From NCBI RefSeq assembly GCF_006345805.1, contig NC_043001.1, positions 127,844,001-127,908,000 on the forward strand: 64,000 nucleotides of DNA. The letters run 5' to 3'. The notes beneath the pieces are model-generated. The model did no database searches, had not been told where the DNA came from, and saw only the letters and a list, made by a program, of their open reading frames with translations. Made by a program: the position numbers and the translations under genes. Within the stretch, counting starts at the first letter, position 1. Each line of letters starts with the position of its first letter. The DNA is from Octopus sinensis (taxonomy: Eukaryota). Below, in pieces: positions 38,209 through 51,763 of this stretch.

Positions 38209-38280
38209 AATATCCTTTTTGCTTCCTTTTTCAAAGAAAATTGCCGAAATCAACACTCAGAGTCATTGTTTTCTACTTAC

Positions 38281-38345
38281 TAGCGTGTTCACATAAGCGC
38301 CATAAACGTGCAAATGGCGACCATGACTAAGATTTACGTCCCTTT
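38281..38345 (-). promoter_or_regulatory. Putative RBM25 promoter/5' UTR with YY1-like CCAT motif and a 5' splice site
   Basis: Minus strand reads TCGCCATTTG near 38311-38320, a short uORF (ATG GTC GCC ... TGA), then CTA|GTAAGTAG at 38281/38280. Locally CpG-richer than the flanks. Confidence 0.4.
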
Positions 38346-38733
38346 GGACGAACTCTCCTGTTATTTGAATACATCCAAAAGAAAGCAGCATGGCTGTAGA
38401 GGTTGTTGTACAAAAGACAATTGCTGCTGATTACTCTTACTTTAGCTTGGGGGTGACTTACACTTTGAAATAGGACCGGGAGCTGTCGAATTTTCTAAAA
38501 TATTAGACTAAAATAATTTATTACCATTTAATAGTTATACCAAGATATAAATATACTGTCTCTAAATATTAAACAATATAGAAAAGATTAAATATTTGCA
38601 TTTCTGTTACATAATTTATTTTATTGATCAATATTTATTTTTCCAATATATATTTATTATATAACTTTAGATTAAAATAAAATTAATTTGATATTAGAAT
38701 TCTAAATTAAATGAAGAGTAATCAAAATAAATA

Positions 38734-39004
38734 TAAGGTTGTCCTCCCAAAAGTTCGTAGAAAGTCTTGGAAAATAATGGTCTTTATTTTGAGGAATAAT
38801 TTTTGTTGTTTTTGTTAGTACTTGGCGAGTAAAATTTCAATTTTCGCAAATATACTCGGTGTATGTGTATATGTATGTATATTACTTCAAAAGTTCCCGC
38901 AAGCCCATATGTAAAAAAAAAATTTTTTTACGGAAATCGACGGAAAGGTCTACTAGAGACGAAAGATCGCCCGCAAGTGTTTACGAACTTTTGGGACAAC
39001 CTAA
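38734..39004. mobile_element. mariner-type MITE about 500 bp upstream of RBM25
   Basis: TA-flanked TIRs taaggttgtc(ctc)ccaaaagttcgta / tacgaacttttgggacaacctaa. Confidence 0.8.
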
Positions 39005-39283
39005 TATTTAGATTAGTTTTTAGTTCCGAGCCGTCAAAGAAATATTAAACATCTAAGAATCACATGCACCGACTTGTTTTTTGTTTGTTTTTTAATTTTT
39101 GGTACATGTGCGTTTTAGAAGTTGTTTGTGTACACCGTGCAGTACTAAAATATCCCAAGTCTTACAATAAATACACTTATAGATAAAAATTAGTGTAGAG
39201 AAAAATACTTAAATCATCAAACTTGAGGACTTAAAATATAGTATTGAATTTCTAAACTTTTTTTTTTTACCCTTTATAAACAA

Positions 39284-39680
39284 CTAGCAGTATCGCCCGG
39301 CGTTGCTCGGATTTGTAAGGGAAATAACTATATAAGCATTTTTAGAGAGTTATAGCCAAAGATTAACAAAGAAATGCATTAAAAATGGAAAAAAAATTAT
39401 GGTAAATTTTTTTTAATCGTTGACTCATCGTAGACATTTTTAGAGAGTTACTTCCCTTATATAATAGCGAAAAAATGCATTAAAATGGAAAAAAAATTAT
39501 GGTAAATTTTTTTTAAAATCGTAGACTCATCGTAGACGCGCGCTAATACCCAGAAGGGATCGATATGAATCACGACTATAAGATACCCGGTTTTGGTTAA
39601 ACTGCACCGCAAAATGTGGGAGTAGTTAGGAATCTAAATCGTAGGAGACAGACACACAACTTCAGTTTTATATATAAAGA
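39284..39680 (-). mobile_element. Non-autonomous Helitron with internal duplication
   Basis: Same termini as the 17918 copy; about 95-bp internal tandem duplication. Confidence 0.85.
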
Positions 39681-39879
39681 TGTTTTTATCGTCTATGCGT
39701 GTATGCTGTTTAAAAAAATAGATACTAGTTCTTGCAAAAATGTTACTAGGTGTTGAATAAAACTTTAGAAAAATTTTAGTTATGGTGTATATGTGTGCGT
39801 GTAATTTTTTGTAAATGAAATCGCGACTGTCAAATGACAATGAAAAATACGTTATCGGCATAATATAGTCGACGTCAAT

Positions 39880-40243
39880 GTTTTACTCTTTTACTTGTTT
39901 CAGCTATTTGACTACGGCCATGCTGGAGCACCGCCTTTAGTCGAGCAAATCGACCCCGGGACTTATGCTTTGTAAGCCCAGTACTTATTCTATCGGGCTC
40001 TTTTTGCCGAACCGCTAGGTGACGGGGACAAACACAGACACACAAACACACAAAAATACATATATATATATATATATACATATATACGACAGGCTTCTTT
40101 CAGATTCTGTCTACCAAATCCACTCACAAGGCATTGGTCGGCCCGGGGCTATAGCAGAAGACACTTGCCCAAGATGCCACGCAGTGGGACTGAACCCGGA
40201 ACCATGTGGTTGGTTAGCAAGCTACTTACCTCACAGCCACTCT
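39880..40243 (-). mobile_element. SINE family A with internal deletion
   Basis: Family consensus match. Confidence 0.88.
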
Positions 40244-40740
40244 TGGTCATAAATTTGAAGTTACCTCAATTTATTGATACTAATAATGTCGATAGAAATT
40301 CTTTTCTTTTTCCTCACCTAAAATTATATGGTCAGGTTTATATGTATTTAAAATGTAACTAACGTTTTGAGCGAGTCCACGACGACTTTCAATAGGCGGG
40401 GTTTTCGAATAGCTGCCCCCACGAAGTTCCATGCTTCATAGGAAAGTAAAAGGGTTTTGAAGTAAGGATCGAAAATGTTTAAGAAATATTTTTTAAAAAT
40501 TTATAGTTAGCTGAAAGAAATTCTCTCTTCGTAATACCCTAACGGACATTGAAAAATAGGAAAGTTGCAAGGACTCGTTTCCTTTTTTTTTTTTTTAACA
40601 GCTTTCTAATTAAAAGAAATTATTAAATTGGTGAGGACATAGCATGTATTCTGTGAACAATGTCCTCTGCACTGATACGATTGTCAAGGAAGGTGTGCAT
40701 TTCACACGATGTTCTCTAAATAAATTTTTGATGACGGGGG

Positions 40741-40825
40741 GGCGGAGGTAAAGAATACGCACACCACCCGTTTTCAGCGTAACCTTAGCCCTAAATGCCG
40801 GGTGTGCATATTCTTTACCTTCGCC
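40741..40825. repeat. 85-bp hairpin/mini-MITE with 25-bp arms
   Basis: ggcggaggtaaagaatacgcacacc / ggtgtgcatattctttaccttcgcc (2 mismatches). Confidence 0.75.
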
Positions 40826-41311
40826 TTGACGAGTAGTTTTTATAAAAGGAGGGAACATGTCGATCAACGAAAAGATCCTATGGGGATTTGGGGTTTATCT
40901 GTGCCATATTCCGAAATAAATTTCTTAGATGAATTCTCTCTAAATTTTCCCTGGTTGCGAATAATGCATATAGGATAGGGAAAATCTCTTCTGGAATACT
41001 GGGAGACATTGTGATGAGAGGTGTCAACTATCTCAATCAATCGTTACCCATTAGTCATTCCAATGAAATAAGAAGTAAATCCATGTGAATACAGTTTTGT
41101 GGATTTGTTTGTGTCGGTAATAGGACCTCATCCAGTTTATGCTTCCGATGCTTCCCTATCTGTCATTTTCTAAATTGAATGCATTTTTATTGTAGATGAA
41201 CAATTGACTCCACCTTTTTCCAATTGATTCCTAAATCCTTTCGCTTTCGTTTGCACTCGGAGTCGCCGAGGACGGGAAACCCAGAGTAACCCCATAAACC
41301 GGCCTTGACCA

Positions 41312-41429
<118 letters not shown>

Positions 41430-41610
41430 GTTAGAAGAAATGAGGTAATCAGAAGATCGGATGGTTATATTTACAGATATTTATTTATATATTACATTTT
41501 TTACATATATATCATATCATTTAGATCATTAGCGCTTTCTTCCATTCTAGTGGGGTTTTCAAATCAAAATAATTCCTTTGTGGGGAATTTTAATCATTTT
41601 ATAGAGTTTC

Positions 41611-41733
41611 GTAGTGGTGGGGAGGAACAAGACGTGGACTGGTTTCTGGACTAGCATTATAGCTAGTGCCCATGATCTTTGCAGTAGTGGTGGGGAGGAA
41701 CAGACGTGGACTGGTTTCTGGACTAGCATTATA
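41611..41733 (+). repeat. Two direct copies of a ~52-bp unit, with a partial inverted copy near 41910-41935
   Basis: gtagtggtggggaggaaca(a)gacgtggactggtttctggactagcattata occurs twice. Confidence 0.8.
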
Positions 41734-41736
41734 ACA

Positions 41737-41823
<87 letters not shown>

Positions 41824-41976
41824 TTCAATATGGAGCAAAATAATTCAGGAGGAAATATTTGCGAAGATGGGGCTTTCCATCATGGTAACGCGCGTTGAGG
41901 AAGGTGAGGCTATAATGCTAGTCCACGTCAGTCCAAATATTGAATGTATGTTGAGAGATTTTTTTAGCCAGTTTGT

Positions 41977-42013
<37 letters not shown>

Positions 42014-42352
42014 TACATACATACATACATACACACATATGATACTTTTATTTTATTTAACAGCAATTGACAATCTATGACATAATTTACTTTATACAAA
42101 CATCCACCACGTGTCCTATTTTTCTGTCTATAAATCTGAATTATTATCTCGACTCTTATATCAATCTCTCCATCTCTGTTAGTGTCGGTGTGTGTATATG
42201 TGTGTTTTCTTTCCTGAAGTTTTTAACATTTGTGGTCTTTGTCACTTTTATTTCATTTTCCACAAAGTAAGCTCCCCTGAACTGTGTTTGAAAATCAAGT
42301 TCGATTCACTTCCTAGTTTGTATTAAGTTCTTAGCTTGGTGGATTAGCAGAA

Positions 42353-42673
42353 GTGGAGGCGCAATGGCCCAGTGGTTAGGGCAGCGGACTCGTGAGTGTT
42401 TATTGAGCGAAAACACCAAAGGATGGTGGTGATCCCTGCTGTACTCTTTCACCACAACTTTCTCTTACTTCCTGTTTCTGTTGTGCCTGTATTTCAAAGG
42501 GCCGGCCTTGTCACTCTCTGTGTCACGCTGAATATCCCCGAGGACTACGTTAAGGGTACACGTGTCTGTGGAGTGCTCAGCCACTTACACGTTAATTTCA
42601 CGAGCAGGCTGTTCCGTTGATTCAGATCAACCGGAACCCTCATCGTCGTAACCGACGGAGTGCTTCCAAACAA
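42353..42673 (+). mobile_element. SINE family B with internal deletions
   Basis: 12-bp TSD ggattagcagaa. Confidence 0.9.
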
Positions 42674-42890
42674 GGATTAGCAGAATTGTTATAAGTGCTT
42701 CGTGGAATTTAATTGTTTCTCTTTGCTTTCAATTTTATCTTTCGTTCTTCCGAAGTCAATAAAATTAATAATACTAGTAAAAGGCAGCAATCGACTGACT
42801 GTGCTTACCACCAAGTTCGCGGCTTTGTGCCGCTATAAGAATTTATTCTTCGGAAAGGCGTGGGCGTCACACTCCAATTTTCTTTTCTAT

Positions 42891-43262
42891 GGATGGAAGC
42901 ACTCCGTCGGTTACGACGACGAGGGTTCCGGTTGATCCGAATCAACGGAACAGCCTGCTCGTGAAATTAACGTGTAAGTGGCTGAGCACTCCACAGACAC
43001 GTGTACCCTTAACGTAGTTCTCGGGGATATTCAGCGTGACACAGAGAGTGACAAGGCTGGCCCTTTGAAATACAGGTACAACAGAAACAGGAAGTAAGAG
43101 TGAGAGAAAGTTGTGGTGAAAGAGTACAGCAGGGATCACCACCATCCCCTGCCGGAGCCTCGTGGGCTCAATAAACACTCACAACGCCCGGTCTGGGAAT
43201 CGAAACCGCGATCCTATGACCGCGAGTCCGCTGCCCTAACCACTGGGCCATTGCGCCTCCAC
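42891..43262 (-). mobile_element. SINE family B
   Basis: 12-bp TSD tttcttttctat. Confidence 0.92.
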
Positions 43263-44229
43263 TTTCTTTTCTATAACTGAAGTCAAAAAGAAGTATCAGT
43301 GATGAATGAATGTTTGATCACAAAAATCTAAGCAAATGAGTATTACATTAGCGCGCGAAAAATTTATTAACGCACATACGTCTCGATCATGTGGAGATTT
43401 TGAATTTGCTCGTGTCACATTCCTGGATTATAAACTGTAAACTCTTTCAAGACATCCACTAAATTTAGTAGAAGCTTGGAGAATAAAAATGAAGTTTCAT
43501 CAACCAGAATTTTTAAGAGAAAATCACGAGTGAGCGGTGTCAACTGTTTCAGCCAACAAAATGTATGAAATACACACACATCAACATAGAGCGTAGCCTT
43601 TAAAAATATATGCTACCATATGTATCCCGCATTATACACCAATATCCTTTAGCCCTTGAAAGCATCGATTTTCCCCTGGATATCAAAAAGACTTCACATG
43701 TGTATAGAATTAGTAGATAAATTGCCTTTCATTCGTCTATATTTCCCACTGTTTAACAACATTTGTATAACTCACGGTACAGTTATTTCCCCTACTCTTC
43801 TGTCTGCCTATTGTCAACTTGATGTTACTTTTAACTACACATCTCAACTTCGCTCCTCAACTTTACACAGATGGATATATTATATATGCGTTTACCGGGT
43901 ATCTTCTGTTAGATTTGCGCTGCTTCTACTCACAGTGACATTGGAATTATCCTTCAACTTCACAAATACACAACTTACTCATGAAAGGAAATATTCTTTG
44001 ACAAGACCATCTGTATGTATTAACAGCAGACATAAAACGTTCAGATGACCAGAATCAAGAGGCCCGGGAACAGAGGATGCAAGGGGTACATTTGCATGCC
44101 CTAAAATTTTGTGGGGATGTAAAATTCAATATTCTCAGGCTTAGAAATTAGTGTTTACAAATTGATCTGTAAAAAGCTAGTTAGGTTTTTTTTTTTAAAT
44201 AAGAACAAACAACTAAAATATATAAAACA

Positions 44230-45100
44230 GCCATGCTATATGGCAAATGAAACATGGGCCGTGACTGCTGAGGACATGTGTAAGCTGCCAAGGAATGAAG
44301 CTAGTATGCTCTGCTGGATGTATAATGTCAGAGTGTAAGTACCTTGAGAGAAAAGTTGGACCTAAGAAGCATCAGATGTGGCGTGCAAGAGTGGCAACTG
44401 CGCTGGTATGGTCATGTGGTGAGAATGGATGAGGATAGCTGTGTGAAAAAGTGCCACACCCTAGCGGTTGAGGGAACCTGTGGAAGAGGCAGACCCAGGA
44501 AGATCTGGGATGAGGTGTTGAAACACGATCTCCATACTTTGGGCCTCACTGAGGCGATGACAAGTGGCTGAGACCTTTGGAGATATGTTGTGCTTGAGAA
44601 GACCCGGCAAACCTAGTGAGACTGTAACCATGGCCTATTCCAGTCCAGCATAACCAGCCCTTCTGAAAGTACCCTTCAATCATTGGGCAATAAACTGCAA
44701 AAACCGGTTGAGGCAAGTGAAGTTGTTGTCATGGCTGATGACAGTACTGCCTGATTGGCACCCATGCTGGTATCATGCAAAAAGCACCATTTGAGTGTGA
44801 TCAATGCCATTGCTGCCTCACTGGTCCTGTGCCGGTGGCACATAAAAAGCACCATTCAAGCGTGGTCATTGCCAGTGCCACCTGACTGGCTCCCATGCTG
44901 ATGGCATATAAATAGCACCATCCAAGCATGGCCGACTGGCATATAAATAGCACCATCCAGTACTGCCTGAATGGCTCTCATGCCGGTGACACTTGGCTTG
45001 ACAGGTCTTCTCAAGCAGAGGATATGGCCCAATGTTTGAAGGGTGATTTTAATGTACCAGTTACATGACACTGGCATCAAATGCTATTGTACGAGTCTGA
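44230..45100 (+). mobile_element. RTE-clade LINE ORF2 C-terminus plus repeat-containing 3' UTR
   Basis: LRWYGHVVRMDEDSCVKK...GRGRPRKIWDEV; downstream gtgccggtggcacataaaaagcacc units. Confidence 0.85.
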
Positions 45101-45682
45101 TATGTAGAGGTCCTCAACTGCCTGCCTGAAGTAATCAGAATTATCAAAGGAACCTCTACTGAAACAATATACAAAAAAAAAAACAAAAAACTTTGGATAA
45201 ACTCCTAACAATAATACTGGACCAATTTACCACTGAAGGATACACTCAGAGGAGATCAACTGCTACCAGTCACAGACCAACTTTCAGCCATAAAGTGACT
45301 ACAAGCTGACAGAAAATAAATGAAAATGGTGCTCCACCATGGTTACAGTCTTACAATTGAAACCTCCGAACCAGAAGGTTCTAGGTTCAAACCCACTGTG
45401 TGGCACCTTGGGAAAATGTCTTCTACTATAGACTTGGGTCAACCAAAGCCTTGTCAGTGGATTTGGTAGATGGAAATGAAGCCTATCATAAAAGCACCCA
45501 CTTCACTCACGGAGTGGTTGGCGTTAGGAAGGGCATCCAGCCATAGAAACATTGCCAGATCAGACTGGGCCTGGTGCAGCCTTCTGGCTTCCCAGACCCC
45601 AGTTGAACCGTCCAACCCATGCTAGCATGGAAAGCAGACGCTAAATGATGATGTGTGTGTGTATACATTTTATATATATATA

Positions 45683-46978
45683 TAAAAGGGAGAGTCAAAG
45701 ATTATTCGCACTCTTGTTTTTATAATGTATTTACACAAAAGCAGGGGATAAACAAGTATGTAATTTTTCTATATAGACTCCTTCCTTTTTGATGCATTTG
45801 GCCCAGCAGTCCAGAAGCTTGTGTATTCCCCTACAAGAAGAAGGTCTTTGGTTGGTCATGCAACCGTTTATGCACCACTCCCTTCACACCTTCAACAGTA
45901 GGAAATTGATGACCTTGTAAACCATCTTTGAGCAGCCCAAAGATATGATAGGTGGAAGGGGTGAGATCTGGGGTGTCCCAGCATCTCAAAACCCAAATGG
46001 TTAATAGTTTGAGTTTCTGTGTGTGGACGTGTATTTTCATGCAACAACAAAATTTTCTTTGACAATAGGCTTCGGTGCTTGATGCAAATTACTGGCTTCA
46101 GTTTGTTGGCCAGTAAAGCACTGTATCTTGCAATATCGATCATACAGCCCTTTTCCAGGTAGTCTTCCAGTATAGGCCCTTTTGAGTCCCAAAAAAGGGT
46201 TAGCATCACCTTTCCTACAGAAGAATGAGTCTTGAATTACTTTGTTGCTGGCGAGTCAGGATGTTTTCACTCCATACTCTGTCTTTCGGATTCTGCCTCA
46301 TAATGATGGACTCGTGTTTCATCTCCTGTGACTATTCGGCTCAAAAATTCCTTGCCCTCATTGTTGTACCAATTGAGTAAATGCTAGCAGACCTCAAGAT
46401 GCTTATGCTCTACAGTAAGCTCTCTTGGCACCCATCTTGCACAGACTTTATGGAAGCCAAGCTCATCATGGATAATTTGATAGATAGAACCATGACTAAT
46501 CTACATGACTAATCTATGAGATACCTCATCAATGGTAACTCGCTGGTTCATCATTACCATCTCTCAAGCTTGATGAATCTTCTCATCAGTGGTAGAGGTT
46601 GACAGGCACCCTGCTCCTTCTTTGTGCATCACACTTGTCCAGCCACTTTTAAACTTCTCATTCCACTCATGCACACTTCTACACAGTAGTGCACTGTCCC
46701 CTTATCATGCTAAAAGCCTCCGATGAATTTCAGCACCTCACATAACTACTGACCAGAGAAATTGGATCACTGCTCTTTATTCTTCTTTGGAGCACATTGC
46801 TGGTGGAGCGGCTGTGCTTACACTGTAAAACCTGAGAGAAAAATGGCACAATCAGGCTCAAACTTCGATCATGTGACCACAATAGTACCAACTATAAGCA
46901 CGCATACGCAGAAGGCAGTGTGACAATAATAAAGATATGTTATGGTGAAAGTGCAGATAATTTATAACTTCCCTCATA
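45683..46978 (-). mobile_element. mariner transposon, near full length, decayed
   Basis: WVPREL, IVTGDETRVHHY, MLTLFWDSKG, HENTRPH, PDLTPSTYHIFG; degenerate TIRs in TA context. Confidence 0.88.
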
Positions 46979-46988
46979 TATATATATA

Positions 46989-47776
46989 TCATCATCATCA
47001 TCATCATCATCGTTTAGCATCCGTTTTCCATGCTAGCATGGGTTGGACGGTTTTACTGGGGTCTGTGAAGGCAGAAGGCTTCATCAGGCCCAGTCAAATC
47101 TGGCAGTGTTTCTACGGCTGGATGCCCTTCCTAACGCCAACCACTCCGTGAGTGTAGTGGGTGCTTTTTACGTGCCACCTGCACAGGTGCCAGACAGAGC
47201 TGGCAAACGGCCACGAACGGATGGTGCTTTTTATGTGCCACTGGCACGAGGGCCAGGCGAGGCTGGCAATGGACACGAATGGATAGTGCTTTTTACGTGC
47301 CACCGGCACGAGGCCAGTCGGGACGGCGCTGGCAACGGTCGCGAAACGGAAGGTTCTCTTACATGCCACCGGCACTGGTAACACATCTGCAATTTCCATT
47401 GATCGATTTCGATTCTGATCCTCACTTGCCTCAACAGGTCTTCACAAGTAGAGTTTCGACATGCCACCGGCACTGGTAACACATCTGCAATTTCCATTGA
47501 TTGATTTCGCATTGATCGATTTCGATTCTGATCCTCACTTGCCTCAACAGGTCTTCACAAGTAGAGTTTTGTGTCCCAAGAAGGGAAGGTATGCATACGT
47601 AGGCTGGCTCCATCCCATGTAGAAGGCCACGGGTTATGGATTCACTTGTCCTGCCGGGTCTTCTCGCGCACAGCACACTTCCAGAGGTCTCGGTCTCTAG
47701 TCATTTCCTCAGTGAGACCTAAAGTTCGAAGGTCGTGCTTCACCACCTCGTCCCAGGTTTTCCTGGGTCTGCCTCT
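46989..47776 (-). mobile_element. RTE-clade LINE, 5'-truncated
   Basis: RGRPRKTWDEVVKHDLRTLGLTEEMTRDRDLW...stop, then 3' UTR with tandem units and (GAT)n tail; about 100-bp tandem duplication at 47360-47569. Confidence 0.9.
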
Positions 47777-48122
47777 TAAAAAAAACTTTGTCTAATGACA
47801 TAATGTAATACATATGTACTATAAGCGCTTTTACCACGTCTTGGTGACTTTACTTATATAACACTGAGAAAGCTGTATTGCAAATATTACGCTTTCTGTT
47901 TAGAACCAGAAAAGATTTTGGTTAAGATCAGTTGCTGACTCTCTACAAAGCTCGAGTGTGACTTATTGATGGACTGTTCACATATCTGGAACAATACCTT
48001 TGTAATATACAAAGATCCTAAAATGATTGTAAAAGAAACAGTTTAGCTGTCTGGAGTAGATTCACTCTACAATAAACATATTAGCCCACGTAAGCACTGC
48101 TACTCTGCTTCTCATTATATTC

Positions 48123-48385
48123 ATAATAATAATAATGAAATTATTGTATACAGTGCTCAGATGCACCACAACTTGTCAGAAAGTGCATTTAAAATATTAG
48201 CAGTAATGTAGAAATGTCTGGAAAGTGAACAATGTATGAGTCAGATACATGCTTGTGTGTGTATGGAGGGGAGAAAATCAAGTGTAGTGTTGGCGAATCT
48301 CAGGAAGCATCGAAGTTTTGAAGGATGCAGTGCTCCGACAACTAACAACTGATGCCGGCAGTTTGTTCCATGCTTCAGCAACTCT
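48123..48385 (-). mobile_element. CR1 LINE 3' end (related copy at about 25320-25580, +)
   Basis: Homologous to 13257-13440; (ATT)n tail. Confidence 0.75.
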
Positions 48386-50521
48386 CTTTTGAGAGAACCA
48401 TGTTAACAAGGGAAGCAGTGGTGAAAGTTGGTCTTAGGGGGTTGAATCTCGAGGGAAGTGATAAAGGCTCAAATCAAATGGCAAGACACTGCACAAATGA
48501 AAATCCATCCAAGCAAATGGCTATTAAAAAAATAATGATGACAGTGGTGAACAGCCAAAATTTTAACAACAAACTTGCTAAGTTGCCAACATTAATTTTA
48601 AAATTCCAATTTTTGTAATATAATGTATCTTCACTTTGATGGTATAAAAATATGTTAAAATAAGGTCGAATCTGGGATCCATGGAAATTGAAGATGATCT
48701 GCACTGGCAAAAATCAATCAATATTTGAATGCAGAAGATTTGTGAAGGTTCAAAAGAAATGAAGCTAGCATGTTCTGATGGATATGTAATATTACTTCCA
48801 TGAAGACTAGAGTACAAATGACTGAGAGAGCAAGAAAAAGTATAAGAGGAATAGGATGATGTACTCAAGAGAAGCGGCTGCTATGGTATGGGCATGTGAT
48901 GCTTCTGGATTATTGGGAACTACACAAAGAAATGCCAAGCATTCCAAATTAGTGGTTCTTACAAAAAAAGGAGACCAAGGAAGACAGGACAAACCGATGA
49001 AGATTGACTTGAAGATGCTGTGCATCTCAGAATAGATGACAAAGGACTGTACTGTTTGGTGATATGCAATGCCTGAAGAAGACCCATCCACCCATCGTAA
49101 AATATATTTTGACACAAGGGTAGTGTTTAGAAGCCATGATATCTTTTTTGTACTCTATCAAGCTTACTTTTGCTGCATTCTAATATTACGTCCTCACCAA
49201 CTTTTCCTTTCTCCTTCTCATTCCCATCATTAATCTCTCCACCACCTGTGCTGATCACACCATTTACTCTCCTTCATTCTAATCTCAACCCCACCCCTTT
49301 ATTAGCTCCACACTTGAGAGGCTGCACTGGATAGCCCTTTTCTACTTACCCAATACACACTAGCTTCATTATCCTGCTGTACTACCAGCCAGCACTCTCT
49401 GTCTTCTGGGTTAGCTCTGTTGCCACCTAACATTTACTCTCACCTTAAATTTTGTCCACAACTATTTTCAGTTACACTGCTCTCAGTTTCCCCCACCCCA
49501 CCCTAAATCCCTTCTTTTTCCCATTCACCCTCCCAGTTATTCTGGTCCTGTTGTTATTGCTTCCTCTCCTGTTCCCATTCTTGGTCTCCTGAGCAAATGT
49601 ACACACACTGTTATGGATTACTCTCTACATTTATACACTTACTCTCCCTCTTAACAATCCATTTCTAGCCTTTCTTCCATCACTGTTCCCTCCCCTATTC
49701 CCCATCCTTAAATTTCTGAGAAATGTCTACATGTACAAGGCACACCACCTCCTGTGCTGGTGCTATGACAGAACCCACTGTGCTTTTCTCTAGGTGAATG
49801 ATGAGGAGGCTACCTCCCTAGTGCTGGTACCATGAAAATGCACCCATTACACACAGTAAAATGATTGGCAAATAAGCAGAGGAATTGTATGAGTGCGAGG
49901 TCCCTTTAATTCCTGTTTTGCCATGGATTATTCAACCACCTTAGTGTTGGTACCATAAGAGAATGTACCCAGCACACTCTATAAAATAATTAGCAATAAG
50001 AAAAGCATCCAGTCATAGAAGCCAATTCAAAATGATATGTATGAGCACCAGTTTTTAGAAGCTGTAGCTCTCAATAAGAAATGATCGGACCTTGATGACC
50101 CATCTAACCCATGCCAGAAAGGAGAGTAGACATAAAAATGTATGTATGTGTATTTATACCGGGCATGGCTGTGTGGTAAGAATTTGGCTTCCCACCTATG
50201 TGATGCTGGGTTCAGTCTCACTGTGTGGAATCTTGGGCACATGTCTTCTGTATCCTTGGGCCAGTCAAAGCCTTATGAGTAGATTTAGCAGAGAGAAACT
50301 GAAAAAAGCTTATTATATATGTGTGTGTTTTAACCACTACTTAATAACTGTTGTTGGTTTGTTTATATCCCAGTAACTTAGCAGTTTGTCAAAAGAGGCC
50401 AATAGAATAAGTATCATACTCAAAAAATATGTACTGGAGCTGATTTGTTTGGCTAAACCCTCCAGAGCAGTGCTGCAACATGGCCATATTACAGTGACTG
50501 AAACAAATAAAAGATATATAT

Positions 50522-50710
50522 ATCGTTAGCTCCAACATGCATTTTTTTCTCTCCTTGTTTTTTTCTGCGTATCTTTCTGTCGGAGAGCGTAGGCTTGAAA
50601 CGTTAAAGACTTATTCTATTTCTATTCCTGAGCGCCATACTAATACATTTGTTTGTTTGTACTTCACCTGCCTTCGTCTTTTGTTTATTTTCGTAAACCT
50701 TCTAGTTATA
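50522..50710 (+). mobile_element. About 190-bp hammerhead-bearing repeat, copy 3
   Basis: Reverse complement of copies 1 and 2; flanked by (TA)n. Confidence 0.8.
50572..50609 (+). ncRNA. Minimal type I hammerhead-like motif (best-preserved 3' half)
   Basis: TCTTT CTGTCGG A GAGC GTAG GCTT GAAA C GTT AAAGA; palindromic AACGTT at stem III. Confidence 0.6.
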
Positions 50711-51369
50711 TATATATATATAGGTCTAACTCTCTTTTAGTTATGACAATGAGTGTTCCAGTTGAATTAGTCGATGGAATGGCCTGCTTGTGAAATTAAC
50801 ACGCCAGTAGCTGAGCACTCCACAGATGTGTACACTTATTGTACTCCTCAGGGAGATTCAGCATGACACAGAATGTGACAAGGCTGGTGCTTTTGAATAA
50901 CAGGTACTACTATAATATGGACCAGAAAAAACAACACATCTTTAAAAAGGCTGAACTTGGTGTCTGGGTATAATTTCTTTTCTTCTTCAACAAATTGGGT
51001 TTTTTTTGTTGTTGTTGAATAAAATAAACAATTGCAATTTTTTTTCCATGACTGCACACCAAGAGCTGTTGCTGTTAGAGAAATGTTAAGTTGGAACTTT
51101 CATCTCCTTCCAAGTATTAATTGGAGTGAAATAACATCAACAGGGAACTAAAATTGGTCATAGGTTCAACTTATCACCAACATCCTTAACATAAATAGGA
51201 CTACATACCAGCGATTGGCCCTTTTCTTTAGAGCCAAGTGAGACTTGCTCCACAATAGAATGGTACTCTAGCACCACAACATCCTAGACTGCCTCCAGAA
51301 AAAGGCTATCCATCTCATTGGCTTAAAGTCACTCAGACATGCTCCAGCCTTTGGGCTTCAGACCTACTA

Positions 51370-51763
51370 TACTCTCTTTACTCTTTTACTTGTTTCAGTC
51401 ATTTGACTGCGGCCATGCTGGAGCACCGCCTTTAGTCAAGCAACTCGACCCCAGGACTTATTCTTTTTGTAAGCCCAGTACTTATTCTATCGGTCTCTTT
51501 TTGCCGAACCGCTAAGTGACGGCGACGTAAACACACCAGCATCGGTTGTCAAGCAATGCTAGGGGGACAAACACACATACACAGATATATACATATATAC
51601 GACAGGCTTCTTTCAGTTTCCGTCTACCAAATCCACCCACAAGGCATTGGTCGGCCCGGGGCTATAGCAGAAGATACTTGCCCAAGATGCCACGCAGTGG
51701 GACTGAACCCAGAACCATGTGGTTGGTTAGCAAGCTACTTACCACACAGTCACTCCTGCGCCT
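51370..51763 (-). mobile_element. SINE family A, inserted in an old LINE 3' end (about 51180-52100; related copy about 23930-24260)
   Basis: Family consensus match; flanking SVDLQCFKRNVN LINE-like C-terminus. Confidence 0.85.

Noticed and set aside
38209-38256. 16-aa N-terminal extension of RBM25 in the ORF track
   Set aside because: It starts at a non-ATG codon; the ATG at 38208 gives the MS.PP start typical of RBM25.
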